The position numbers and the translations under genes are program-made. From assembly GCF_009914755.1 (NCBI RefSeq), contig NC_060929.1: a DNA stretch of 64,000 nucleotides; one strand, 5' to 3'. This stretch comes from the human T2T-CHM13v2.0 reference genome, Homo sapiens. Below are positions 1 to 14,452 of this stretch, piece after piece; the first letter of the stretch is position 1, and each line of letters begins with the position of its first letter. Under the pieces are notes generated by a model. It was given only the letters and a program-made list of their open reading frames with translations, was not told the origin of the DNA and searched no databases.

Positions 1-849
1 TGTGACAATTTTGCCTTGTTAACTTATGGGACAAGTTCTTATTTTGACAGAAAGACAAAGTTTAGTGATGCTGTGTTTCATATACAAGATGAAACTAATG
101 ATTTGCCAGGAGGAGGTTTGCATATTGAATATCATCTTGAGCCATTTTCCATTCTTTACCTGCTGCTTCTCCCTCCCAAATGCTCTAGAGGCTTCCATAG
201 CTTCTCATCTGCTTCCTTCTTTTGTTCAACAGTACACCTTTGTGACATTAGTTGGGGGTATGTGCCATGCTTGGGAAACAAAGTACAGTTAATTGGCTTC
301 AGTATCTCCAGTTCAATTACTTTATTCAGCCACAGACATGACCCAGGTAAAGCCCTTACCTCCACCTATCTAGTTAGTTTCCTCTCCCATTGCCCTTGGT
401 GGTTATTGCCGATTTTGACCTTTTAAGAACAGTCTTCATTTCCAGTTTCTCCCTTATTCTCTGCAGAAAATCATAACTTCTCTTTGCAGAAAACAAAAAC
501 AAAAACAAACAAACAAAAAAAACATTGTAGTACTCTCCCTCTTCTATCCTCTCCCAGAAATGTATGTAAATCGATTCCTACATTTGTTTCCCTCGCACCA
601 ACCCAGGCATTGGGGTAGGCATTCCTTCTTGCCTCTGGAGGTCCTCCATTCATCTGGTCACAGGTTCACCACCTCCAGGACCTTGCTCCCTTGGTCCCTG
701 ACTCTCTTTCCTGTACATTTGATCTCCCCTCCTGATACACAGGCTGGACCCCTTACAATAAATATAATCAATCTCAGGCCTCTCAATTCTCTAAAACATA
801 AGAAATGGGATTTTTAACCTCAAATACCATTCCAATTACCTCCCTTTTT

Positions 850-1640
850 CTTAATTCCCTTCACAGCCAAATTTTCTTTCCTCCCACTAATTTCCAACAC
901 TTTGCAGTGTGGCTTCTGCTCCAAGATGCCACAACACTGCTTTCCTGACCCTAGGGTCACAAGTGGCCTCAGTGTTGACATACCTACTGAACACATTCAC
1001 ATGCTTATCTTACTTCTCAGTAGTATTTACACTGTAGGCCACTTCTTCCTGCTTAAAACAGTTTTTTTGTTTTTTTGTTTGTTTGTTTTGAGACAGAGTC
1101 TCACTCTATCGCCCAGGCTGGAGTGCAGTGGTACTATCTTGGCTCACTGCGACCTCTGCCTCCTGGGTTCAAGCAATTCTCGCCTCAGCCTCCCAAGTAG
1201 CTGGGATTACAGGCACACACCACCATGTCCAGCTAATTGTATTTTTAGTAGAGATGAGGTTTCACCATGTTGGCCAGGTTGGTCTTGAACTCCTGACCTC
1301 AAGTGATCCACCCGCTTCGGCCTCCCAAAATGCTGGGATAACAGCTGTGAGCCACCCCACCTGGTCTGAAACTGTTTATTTTGATTTAGAGACACTACCC
1401 TCTTTTAATACTTTGCCCTCCTGGTGGCTGTTCCTTCTCTTCATTCATCCTTTTGCTCTCCCTTGAAATGCTGCTGTGCCCCAGGGATCCACTATCAGCC
1501 ATCTGATCTTCCTATGTTCTTCATGGATAAGTTTGCCCAAACATATGGCTTCTTTATCTCTCATAACTTTATACCTTCCAAATCCAAGCTTTCCTTCCAA
1601 CCTTGCCTGCTGAGTTCCTGAATTATTCCCTTCTATGTAT
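850..1640 (+). mobile_element. LINE-2 (L2) reverse-transcriptase region fossil, interrupted by an Alu
   Basis: 902-1060 translates LQCGF...VTSGL...[20 protein letters not shown], similar to L2 RT QSGFR..VTNDL..LILLDLSAAFDTVDH.LLLET. After the Alu it reads AVPQGSTISHLIF, similar to GVPQGSVLGPLLF. Confidence 0.75.
1062..1366 (-). mobile_element. Alu SINE (AluS, Sz-like)
   Basis: Full dimeric Alu in antisense: T-rich tail, gagacagagtctcactct...cccaggctggagtgcagtgg...ctcaagtgatcc...gtgagccac. Confidence 0.97.
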
Positions 1641-1658
1641 CTGTTTTGAGTATCTTGG

Positions 1659-2155
1659 TGTGATTGTTAATTTTGTATGTCAACTTGGACTGGGCTAAGG
1701 GATGCTCAGATAGCTGGTAGAACATTGTTTCTGGGTGTGCCTGTAAAGGTGTTTCTGGAAGAGACTAACATTTGGCTCAGTAGCCTAAGTAAAGAAGATT
1801 CCCCCTCACCAATGTGGGTAGGCATCATCCAGTCCACTGAGTAACATCCACCATCTCCTATCCTTGGACATCAGAGCTGGTTCTCAGGCCTTAAGACTCT
1901 AAAACTTACAACTGTGTTCTCTCTCCCTCTTGGTTCTCAGGTCTTCAGACTCAGACTGAATTACACCACCACCTTTCCTGATTCTCCAGCCTGCAGACGG
2001 CAGATGATGGAACTTCTCAGTCTACATAAGCATATGAGCCAATTACCATAATAAATATACTCATAGATAGATAGATTGAGGGAGAGAGAGAGAGAGAAAG
2101 AGAGAGAGAAATTATCCTATTGATTCTGTTTCTCTGTAAGACCCTAACTAAAGTA
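1659..2155 (+). mobile_element. MLT2-family solo LTR (ERVL)
   Basis: Starts tgtgattgttaattttgtatgtcaacttggactggg, ends tcctattgattctgtttctctg..accctaacta. Has AATAAA followed by a GA microsatellite. 5-bp TSD-like cttgg/cttag. Confidence 0.9.
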
Positions 2156-3019
2156 CTTAGGATTAGCATAATTTCTCTCATTGAAATCACCACATCTCCC
2201 TTAAGTTCCAGCCAGTTTCACCTTGGCTGGATGTGTTGAGGGTAAGATATGGGAGCTCATGTCACTTGTAAACTGTGCTCCAAGTGATGACTCTGCTTTT
2301 TGCAACTGACCAATTTCACAACAAACAAATAAACAAGAAAACACCTGAATGACTCAATTGCTGCTATTTCTCAAGCTATTGTACCAGAACACATTGTGAT
2401 TTACCCAGTTATATCAGGCTGTCTTACAAATAACCTAAAAATTAATATGATCAACAAGTATCTTACCACATCACAGAATCCTACCCATCCCACTCCCACT
2501 ACCTGACTACTTTCAAACTCGACGTCTTTGGTTCTTGGATTCTTGAATTCATAGCCAGAATTTCTCACTGGTAAGAGTTCACTCCAGTAACACGAGAACA
2601 AGAACAGGAAACACAATCAAGGAATGATTCCAAAGATCAGGAGGAAATGGTTAGTACAACAGTAATCTTTCTTAAGAATTTTCCAGTAACACTAGTTTTG
2701 CCTGTCAGGAGAGCAAAGAATTAAACATCTTAAAATCAACTCTCAAGACACTTAACATCCATTTTATACACAAGGAAGACTTCAACCAGCTACAAGTGTA
2801 TAATTTAAAAATTCAGCTTATTCAGCAGAGTGAATATGGAGAAGGTAATTGCATGTCACCAATTTAGAAACATCAATCGGAAGAGAAGTTGTCCACAATC
2901 TTTTGTGGTGTTTTTCAGGATAAGGTTAAAGTGAAGGAAATATCTTTTATAAATATGTCAGGAAAAGAGGTTAGGATTATTTCTATCCACTATTTATATT
3001 TAATTTCCCCTTTTATTCT

Positions 3020-3182
3020 TTTTTTTTTTTCTTTTTAGATGGAGTCTTGCTCTGTCACCCAGGCTGGAGTGCAGTGGCGTGATATCAGCTCAATGAAAGC
3101 TCCACCTCCAGGGTTCAAGTGATTCTCCTGCCTCAGCCTTCCAAGTAGCTGGATCTACAGATGCACACCACCAAGCTAGGTT

Positions 3183-3213
<31 letters not shown>

Positions 3214-3338
3214 TTTTTAGTAGAAACAGGGTTTCACCATATTGGCCAGGCTTGTCTCAAACTCCTGACCTCACGCAATCTGCCCACCTCAGCCTCCCAA
3301 AGTATTGGGATTACAGGCATGAATCACTGTGTCTAGCC
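3020..3338 (-). mobile_element. Alu SINE (AluS) with expanded central A-tract
   Basis: Full antisense Alu. 13-bp TSD ccccttttattct at 3007-3019 and 3340-3352. Linker poly(T) about 28 nt. Confidence 0.97.
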
Positions 3339-5281
3339 ACCCCTTTTATTCTAAAACTATACCATTGTTGCTATTTGAGCCTTAAATACAACCTACAATA
3401 AACAAGGAAATGGACAAACCATTTATCTAAAATGTCCAAATACAGTTTTAAAAGAGTCTCCAGTGAAGGCACTTTTGAAGAGCCAGCATTGACTTCTTGT
3501 TGACCAAATAAGTAATTGTTAAAGTAAATCTACCATCTGAAATAACTCAGACTCAATGGAACCCTTTGAAAAAGATACTTGATTCTCATTAGAAGTAGAA
3601 TCGTTGATTTTCCATTCCCTCTTTTATGGTTTGAACACAGATGAGACTTTAATCAAACATAATTTGAAATGACAATTTGAAATTCTATGAAAACATTATT
3701 CTGTGTGAAAAGCAAGACTTTGTGACTGAACATGAACAGACACTTTCACGTCTTCCATTCATTTTTCTCTAGATTTCCAAAACAGGTTTTTTATCACCCT
3801 GGGAGAAGAACGGTTCTTAGCTGCTCAGGGACTACCTTTAGCAGTATGGGAAAAGTAGTTTACTCTCCCATCTCATTCAATCCCTGTTCTTGGCTGTAAT
3901 AGTGACAATTAACTTTAATTGTAATGGCAGCCAGTCTGATGAAGACTGTGGACAGTTAGGGACAGAGCTGAAACCACTATACACTCATTTCCCCAAAGAC
4001 CATGTACCTTCAGGGGGTAATGACTTTGTGTCATTATATCCTGATCCAAAATTCAGCTGATAGACTAAAGGGTAACAGTTCTATTTCCCATTACCAAGAA
4101 GCCCAGGCTAGTGGTTCCTATTCATGTTGTGATAGTCTCCAATAAGCTTCTTATTAAATTTCTTACTGCTTGAAGCTTAGAAGACTTTCTTTTTAGTGGT
4201 ATACCACATTTTATCAGGAAGGTATATTTTAGAAAAGGTAAAAAAAAAAAAAAAGAATATGAAGGGTATATCAGAGCAAGACTAATAGATGGTAAGACAC
4301 TTCTTTGATATATTTAAATGAGAAAAAGAAAAACATAAATATATGTCAGCTCCGGCAAAGAAAAAAAGCCAACATTTTTGCTTTTTTTCTACTATATTAC
4401 AGCTTATGTCAGTAGCTAGAAAGATTATAAATTTTTTTTTGCATTTCAACCACTCTTTGAACAGTATATGAAAAGCACAGGCATAAACATATTATTTATT
4501 TAAAACTAAGCATCCAGTTATAGTCCAGAGATCACTATAGAAAGTTGGTAAGTGGATCCCCGAGGCAATGGAAACCAGATTTTTTTTCTGTCCCCACAAG
4601 ACTCATTTCCAAAGCCCATGGGGGTTTATCAAGCCCAGTTTCAAGTGTCCTGATCCTTTCAGACTCCAATTAACTTGTGCTGTTATGCTGGTTTTAATTC
4701 AGGCCTGTGTTGCTCATCTCCAGTGAGGAAAAACCAACATAGGCAATGAGGTTAAGCAAAGTGGTGGTTGGGAATTTGCAAGGGGAAAATAAAGTCCCCA
4801 AGAGAGAGAACACACATTCCAAGCTACCTTGACTATTATAAAGAGTCTCTGATAACCTCATAGTGCCTGGGCTAAGGGTTGACAACAAAGGTAGGCACCC
4901 ACCCAATGGCTCTGACAGAATCAGAGATCGTGTTTAGCAGGCCTGCTAGAGGCAAACATGTTTTAGTTTCAATTTTTAATTTTTTTATTTCAATAGGTTT
5001 TGGGGGAATAGGTGGTGTTTGGTTACATGAATAAGTTCAAGTAATTTAGTGGTGATTTCTGAGATTTTGGTGCACCCGTCACCCAAGCAGTGTCCACTGT
5101 GCCCAATCTGTAGTCATTTATCCCTTGCCTCCTCCCACCCTTTTTCCCCAGAGTCCCCAAAGTCCAATGTGTCATTCTTATGCCTTTGCATCCTCATAGC
5201 TTAGCTCCCACATATGAATGAGAACATACAATGTTTGTTTTTTCCATTCCTGAGTTACTTCATTTATAATACTAGTCTCCA

Positions 5282-5628
<347 letters not shown>

Positions 5629-5666
5629 TTATTTTATTCCTTTTTATGGCTGAGTAGTATTCCATG

Positions 5667-5782
5667 GTGTGTGTGTGTACATATATATGCGTGTGTGTAC
5701 ATATATATACACATATATATGTGTATATATACATATATGTGTATATATGTATATATATACACATATATATGTATATATATAT
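5667..5782. repeat. Compound (TG/TA/CA)n microsatellite, strictly alternating purine-pyrimidine
   Basis: gtgtgtgtgtgtacatatatatgcgtgtgtgtacatatatatacacatata... inside the L1PB. Confidence 0.95.
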
Positions 5783-7070
5783 CACATTTTCTTTATCCAC
5801 TCGTTGATTGATGGGAATTTGGGCTGGTTTCATATTTTTACAATTGCAAATTGTGCTGCTATAAACATGAGTGTGCAAGTATCTTTTTTGTACAGTGACT
5901 TCTCTGGGTACATACCTAGTAGTAGGATTGCTGGATCAAACGGTAGATCTACTTTTAGTTCTTTAAGGAATCTCCACACTATTTTCCATAGTGGTTGTAC
6001 TAGTTTACATTCCCACCAACTGTGTAAAAGTTTCCCTTTTTTGCCACATCCACACCAACATCTATTATTTATTGATTTTTTGATTATGACCATTCTTGCA
6101 AGAGTGAGGTGGTATCGCATTGTGGTTTTGATTTGCATTTCCCTAATCATTAGTGATGTTGAGCATTTTTCCATATGCTTCTTGGCAATTTGTGTATCTT
6201 CTCTGGAGAATTGTCTACTCATGCACTTAGCCCACTTTTTGATGGGATTGTTCGTTTTTTTCTTGCTGATTTGAGTTCCTTGTAGATTCTGGATATTAGT
6301 CCTTTGTTGGATGTACAGATTGTGAAGATTTTCTCCCACTTTGTGGGCTGTCTGTTAACTCTGCTGCTGGTTATTATTATTATTATTATTTTGCTGGGCA
6401 AAAGCTCTTTAATTTAATTAAGAAGTCCCATCTATTTATCTTTGATTTTGTTGCATTTGCTTTTGGGTTCTTGGTCATAAAGTCTTGAGGCAAACAGATC
6501 TTTACAGCACACATCAGGGACTGGGGAGAGCCTGAGGAGGGCTGGCTTTCCCTACTGTGTCCCCCTCCTTTTTTCTGCCTTACATACATGTCTCTCTCAT
6601 TTCATTCCTGTGAGTCAATTCTGAAACTGTTGAAAGAGGATTGGCTATACTTCCCATCAGCCACCTAGCAGCCCTCAACCACAACCAGCTTTTCTTAAAC
6701 TCATGGCTGGCTTCAGAAGAGAAAGCAAGGAGAAAAAGACAAAGAAAAAAGGTAGACAACATCCAGACAGCAGGGAGGCAGCTCTGAGGCTTTTGCATGG
6801 AAGATACTGATTCCATATCAGCAAGCCAAATAGGCACTTTGAAGAGTGCCTAGACTTGAGTCAGTCATGGGTAACAATCTTTGAATAGGATGACTACAGC
6901 TGGTCATATACTTAAGCAAGGTTTAGACTAAACATTGTGGCCTGTGTGCCTTTTTTAGTGTTTATTACATTCCATTTGCACTAATCCCCTTGACATTAAA
7001 AAAAAAATCTTCTATGGATGCAAATTCATACTATATTATTTCCATGCATGTAAATAATCATATATATGGC

Positions 7071-7345
7071 AATAACAATATTAGCTAACATATATTCATA
7101 TTTGCTGTGGCCACATACTCAGTATTGCACTAAGCATTTCACTTGTCTTATCTCAGTTTATTTTTACAACAAACCCTATAAGAAAATGTCCCCCCAGGAG
7201 GCTTATCTGTGAAATACTGTACAATCCCCGCACTCAACTGATGAGAAGACTGAGGTCACATAGCCAACAAGTGGTAGAAGAGTTGGTACTCAATCCAAGG
7301 TATTTCTGGCCCCAAAGCCATTTTCTTAATCCTTACCCAATACTG
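7071..7345 (-). mobile_element. MIR SINE
   Basis: aataacaatattagctaac...actgatgagaagactgaggtcacatagcc...ccaaagcc, MIR core in antisense. Confidence 0.7.
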
Positions 7346-7659
7346 CTCTGAGAACAAATCTCAGATCTCATTTATCTGAGCCTCAGATTCCTCAGTTTAA
7401 TGAGAGGACTGAATGGTACTATCTGCCAGCTCTGAAATGCTCTACTAAATGAAGGCTTGCTAACTTTGCAGGAAAAAAAGCCATTGAGTCAGGATTTACA
7501 ATCACATCTCTCTTTTGGTCAGAACTTCAGGTATGTTTCTGAATAAGTGTTTCCACAGTTTCCTCCTGTGTGTGGTGAGTCTGAGAATGTCCTCTTTTGT
7601 TAAAAAAAAAAAAAAATCCTCCCCTAGATTCCACATACCAGCTGTAACCTTTTTCTTTG

Positions 7660-7812
7660 CCCCTTTTATAACCAATGCCTCATAACAGTGGTCAATACTT
7701 GCTGCCAACCCTTCCTCATTGTCCATTCTTGCCATCCTGCTCCAGTTTGGCTTTTGCCCAACAATCCACAGAAACCCCTCTTATCAAGGTCTCCTTCAGC
7801 CTCCATGATGAT
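7660..7812 (+). mobile_element. L2 fragment
   Basis: ctccagtttggcttttgcccaacaatccacagaaacccctcttatcaaggtc, similar to L2 RT 'QSGF.P.HSTET.L.KV'. Confidence 0.6.
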
Positions 7813-8184
7813 CTTCACCTGGAAGGAAACTATAGTTCCATGATACAGAAGAACAGGCAAAAGAAAAAAAAAAAGTCATCTACAGAACAAAACAACATTT
7901 GTGAACTATCTTCCCTGAAACTCTTAAGCTAAGTACAAAATGCAAATACACATCATTAGACATATATTCATTATTTTTCATAAAATATCTTAGTACCACA
8001 AGAGTTTCTTTTCCTTATTACACTGGTAGTTATTGTGTTCAGGAAAACTGTTAAGTAGTTTAGATTTTATTTGAACAAATATACCTATTTTGCTATTGCT
8101 ATATATCACCTTAGCATATACTAGGATTATATTACATTTGTTGAGGCTGCCTAAACTAAAGAACATTTCAATATTTTGTAGCCA

Positions 8185-8340
8185 TAGGAGATCATCTGAA
8201 TTGCCTTCCTTGGGCTTAGGTAGGAAAACAGGCTGAAGGATTAATGACTCACCTAATGTCACATAACTCATATTGGTAGACCTGGAACTAGAAGCCAAAT
8301 CTCAGAATTCAAATCAAGAATCATGCCATAATACCATTCT
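8185..8340 (-). mobile_element. MIR (MIR3-like) fragment
   Basis: gagatcatct...ggaaaacaggc...tgactcacctaatgtcacata...ggaactagaagccaaatctc. Confidence 0.55.
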
Positions 8341-11300
8341 CCCTTGATATATTTCAAAAGAGGAGTGGATTTGACACAGTGAGATATGCCTTTTACTAGT
8401 CAGTAAGTGACAAGACAGTACTTAAGAAGAATTCTGAATCTCTCCTTTCTAACCCGCCTATTCCCACCCTGTTCTCAATATGTGCTTTGGCCACTTGGGA
8501 AGTGGTCCCAAGTCATTGTTTAGTCATGTTAGCTACAGTAATTAGATTTGCAAATGTTTCATCATTAAAAAAATTAGATTAGATTCAAAGTTATATCAAT
8601 AATAACACCATTTTTATTCATTTTCATTCCAGTATGCTTTTCGGAGTAGAAAATAATACGGGAGGTACAGTTAAAGCTAGTACACCAGGAACTTGGCCTG
8701 ACATGCAGGCTGTCTTAGGGATGCCTCAGCCTGTCCTCTAGGTTCTACCATAGGAATGGGAATGCCTGTGTACAATTGTCACCACCATGTATGGCAAAGC
8801 AGTGGTTTCAAGATGGCCAAAAGGCAGCTCAGATGTTTGGTATGAGACATTCTCACATTGCTTTGCTTTCTTGTTACTAAACATACTACATATTGGGCAG
8901 ATAATTCTTTAGAACAGAAAAGTTTGGAAACAAATTTTCCTAGATGTTCATGGTTGGAGGATCAGTAGAGGACATAGCTCTCCAACCAAATCCCATTCCA
9001 TCTGGTCATGAGCCAGATAAGCCAGCCACCGGCTGGGCAAATAGCATTGATGAGATGAAAAGATGTTCCCTTTAGACTGAAGAGATTGGTTTCATAAGAA
9101 ACCAACCCTGACAAATTTTTCTGTTTCTTTAAAACACAATACTACATTTAAAATGGAGTTGGCCTATGTATCTTTGACCAAATCTTGTTTTCACTTCTGA
9201 AATTAGAAGCAACAAGGGAGTTGGGGGGAAAAGCCACCCTCCTCCATCTCCCTGAAGGCCAGAACAGCAGGTGTGCCTATTTTCAGAGGTAAGTGAAATA
9301 TTTGCCAAATCATTTGGCACATTTCAACACAAAATGTGCCAAATTACCTGTCAAGGCTAAACGGCCTTTTTAGAAGAAAGATAAATGGCCTTCCATACAC
9401 ATTTGCATGGACCCACAGTGCCATCCAGTGGCTCATTATATCGGTCACAAGTGTGCAGGGCTCCACTTGTCTCCCAGGGTTTGGTTCCAAGCTGACCATC
9501 CTTGTTATGGCATTGGTTTATTTGGTACCCAGAGCCTTTGGGACTTGGTAAGGTGCAATGCATGCATTTGAAATGAGCTGGGTTGGAGGAGAGTTGGTGT
9601 CAAAGCTTGGATGTCTTGCCTATGGTGTCTTGGTGACAGCGCAAGTTTTAGAGATTCTCCAACTAGCAAACATCCATGTACCTTCTTGCATTGAATCAAT
9701 GCCAAGAACAACTTACTAAACATGTCTAAACATCCCAGATCTTTGTGTTTAGTCTCTAGGCTTTGTCACCTTATGGGGACTGGGCCAGCCAGAGTATAGC
9801 AATCAACTTCATTTTACTTCCACTTGGTAAACAATTTTAAAATTCTCTACTCGTCCAATTTCTCCTTTACAATGCTTTTTTTAAGGGACTGAATTTCTCT
9901 TTACCAAGAATTCCAGGACTGCTGGGCCATATAAGTTGATGAAAAGTAAGTAAAGAGGAAGGAAGTTAGGAAATAAAAGAGGGAGAAAGAAAAAACAGAG
10001 AAGACAGGTTTGATTCTCCTCTTTTCAGACAACTGAAGGGTCAAGCTGACACTATCTCTTCAAATGTCAGTTTCTATAAACTGTAGAGCAAACAGGGTTT
10101 TTTAAAGGAAAATGGATCGTATGGTAACAGCAGCAGCTGTATGTTCCCATAAAGAGGTAGATTCCTTTTCAGATAGTAGCTGTGCAATGCTTGTAACAAA
10201 ACACGGAGCTGGACCAATCAAAAGAACTGAGAACTGCTTCACTCACTCACCAGGTTGTTTCTAAAGGGGTCAGAGCTCTCACTGGGGGAACATTCTGGAA
10301 AGGAAACAAGAATCTGAACAGAAATTACAGATCGCTACAAATAGGTTGATTCTTTTCCCATTGGCTTTCCCAGCACAGCTGGACAGTGACCTGTAACATG
10401 GTTTAGCTTTAAATTATCTGAACCTGTCAGACTAGATTTAGACATTTTGGTTTGTCACTTTTTCACCTTTTTTTTAAAGGTTCCATCAAGCAAATCCACT
10501 GCTCCGATCAGCAGCCTGTTTCCTTCCCAAATAATTTAAATCCATGTGGTTCTAATCTTGACAGACCTGGGTAGACCATACCCACTGGGGCTATAGCTGC
10601 CATTTTCCATTTGCTATTTAATTTTATTTTATTTTAATACACTATTTGAAATAATCAGAATTGAAGGAAACATGAAGACTATTAACTAGGTTAATATCCC
10701 CATTTTACAGACATGAAAATTGAGGCCCATTTTCCAGTCTTCCTTTTCTAAATGAATACAAATCTTTGGCCTACAGTAAGAGGACATAATAGAAAAAGAG
10801 TCAGTTACTTTCACATTTTTTACATTAAGGAAATATCTCCAAACTTGATGTCTTCAACAAATATAATCTAAGAGTTTGGTGAAAAGATTAAGAGAATAGT
10901 GTAACTACATTTGTGTCCCCTCCTGCTGCATTCCGGGAGAGGATGTGGAATCTTCAGTGATATGTGGAATGACACACCCATTTGTGCTCTGGTAACAGAG
11001 ATTCTGAGTTGCCCAGTTCTGGTGTCACTAACAGTAGGGCTGACTCTTTTGGACTTTGAAGCCTTGTAATGGAGAAATTGTGGTTTTTCTGGATTATTCC
11101 ATCTGAGATGAAAAAAGGCTTAAAAAACAAGTTCTGTAAACACAGTGCCTGATCAAAGACTTGGGAGAATGATATTATATAAATGCCTGTCTGAACAGTA
11201 TAAGCCCAATTAGGAAAGGACATGGGAAAAAAACTATTTAAAGAAATCATGATTAGGCTACTGGCTGCCAAGAATGTCTTGCTTAACAGATTACAGATGA

Positions 11301-11445
11301 TTCCCTATTGGAAGAAGGCCTCCTAAAGCAATAGCCATAGGACAGAATGATGGAGAACTGCAGGCCAGAGCAGTTGCTTAGCTGAGATTCAGGGGAGGGG
11401 CCTTAAAGTGAAAATCGGTACTGTGTATTCTCTTTTAGAGTCTCT

Positions 11446-12503
<1,058 letters not shown>

Positions 12504-12559
12504 TTTAATTATATATTTGTTCAAGTTTATATGAATATTCTATGATAAATTTTAGAATA

Positions 12560-13030
12560 TGTCCCTGACTATGCTAGACTACTAAATCTTCCTTTCATAG
12601 CACGAATTTCAAGATGATGTGGTCAATTTATGCCAAAATGTCTATCACTTTCCCATCACTAGCCAGTTCTTCTTTGTTGGTCAGGATTTAGAATCAAGTA
12701 GAAATTTGCCCAATTGCTTTCTCTAACTTCTAAACTATGAAATTATCAACAAGACAATTCAACAATTTACCAGATGCTCTGCTTTTAGCAGAATGACACT
12801 TGCAGCATATGTCCAACTAGAGTAATGAGGTATCTCAGCAATCTTGTTTCTGTGCCAAATTTCAAAAAAAAGTCATCCATATTATTGTCTAAGATTCTTC
12901 AAGTCTATGTCTAGTTTTGAGGCTGTGGTAGTGGTTATGAAAATCATGATATTACTTTGGTGTCTCTTTTCTGTTGTCCTCTAGCAAGTTCTTTGCCAGG
13001 TCTTATCCTTATCCTAACTCTCAACAGGGT
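12560..13030 (-). mobile_element. CR1/L3 LINE fossil (ORF2 endonuclease domain)
   Basis: Minus translation LDICCKCHSAKSRASGKLLNCLVDNFIV*KLEKA...ILTNKEELASDGKV..I.A*IDHIILKF, similar to CR1 'DICW..HSAKSRAS.KFL.CL.DNF..Q.V...T...ILDLILTNKEELV..VKV...LG.SDH.ILEF'. Confidence 0.8.
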
Positions 13031-13929
13031 TACTTTGCGGAAAAACTCCTGTAAATATCAATAGATACATTTACTCATTTAGGAACAAGTGACAGATATG
13101 ATATTATAAGACCTCAGCAGTGATTTTCTGTTTGCTGTTGGAACTGCCCATTTTAAGAGGTTTTGCCTGGGCTTGTTATGAGCCATGTAAAATCCTTTCC
13201 ACTGCATTTCTGCTCCAGAAGGCTATCTTGCGACACCTCAGTGACAGTGATAAAAAGGGCCAAAATTGGGTGAAGCTCAATTGTGCATTCAGATATATGC
13301 AGAAAGTCAGGTAATGTGGTCAGCCTTGGGATGCCATGCTCAGAAGGAGTCTCTGTGAGCATCAGTAGTGTGAGCATCTTGTTGGGTATGTGAAGGATGA
13401 ATGGGATCATTCTGAAATGAAACTAGAGCTAATTTGTTGAGCGGAATCACAGACAACTGACAACAAGCTTTACAATATTAAGAGTCTTCCATTTGAACTT
13501 CACAAATACAGGTACGCAGACATCCACCATGACAATCAACTTGTCACATACTGGTACAGCTGTTATACATCTGTCTGGTTCCTGGCAGAATAATTTTCTT
13601 CATCAAATTTGTCAAAATGGGAAATCCATCTGTTGGCTGATGATAGTAGAAACTTTCTGTGCAAGGCGAAGTATAGGATCATCAGAAGGTTACCAATAAT
13701 TTGGGAAAGTTTAGGGCCTTAGACATAAATGATTTCTGCTGATACTGTCACTCTTGAATGAGCAACACTCTAGAAGACTGAGCTGAGAAGCTTTTTCTAT
13801 GAGATATCTTCATCAAAGTATCTGCTTTTACATAATAGGATAAAGTTTATGTTGCCTGTAATTGTATCAGCCATAACCTACTGCAGTTTTAAATTGACTT
13901 CTGCTTTTTAAATAGCTCCTATATGAAGA

Positions 13930-14150
13930 TATCACTGAGTCCCCACAATAACCCTGTGAAATGTTAGAGCACTTCATAATGCCTTCATTTAGTATATGAG
14001 GATACTGAAAGGCATGACAAATTATACAGCTTGCTCAAAGGCTCTAGAAATTGCATGACTTTCTCAAAGTCATATGCCCTTGTTAGTGAGCAAAGTGACT
14101 AGAACATTCTAGGTATTCTGACTCCTGGCCCAACACTCTTCACCACAGCA
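13930..14150 (-). mobile_element. MIR SINE
   Basis: cacaataaccctgtgaa...tatatgaggatactgaaagg...tgactttctcaaagtcata...ctgactcctggcccaacactctt. Confidence 0.65.
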
Positions 14151-14194
14151 CTTTATTTTATTTTCTTTCACATTGAGCAAATCTCATCCAATGG

Positions 14195-14452
14195 TTATTC
14201 TTTTGGTCCAAAATGGCTGCCTCAGCTCCTACCTTCACATTTGTCTCTCAGCCATAAAAGTAAGATATGAGAAATTTACTTACCTTCCACTGGTTAAAAT
14301 TTAGCCACATGGTCACATACAGCCATAGATCACCTGTAAAATTTAGTCTTTTTTTTTTTTATGAACAACCATGTGCCCTGCTAAAATTCAGGGGGAGTCT
14401 ATTACTAAAAAAAGAAAGAAAGAATAAATTTGAGGAGACAAGTGCCTGCTAC
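14195..14452 (-). mobile_element. LTR33-like ERVL LTR fragment
   Basis: ggtccaaaatggctgcc..., ttagccacatggtcacatacagc, catgtgccctgctaaaattcagggg..tattactaaaaaagaa...gcctgctaca. Confidence 0.65.

Noticed and set aside
9205-9293. Plus-strand donor ag|gtaagt, with similar sites near 41727, 36515 and 56446
   Set aside because: Acceptors are ambiguous or weaker. Such sites are frequent by chance, which also tempers the exon candidates reported above.
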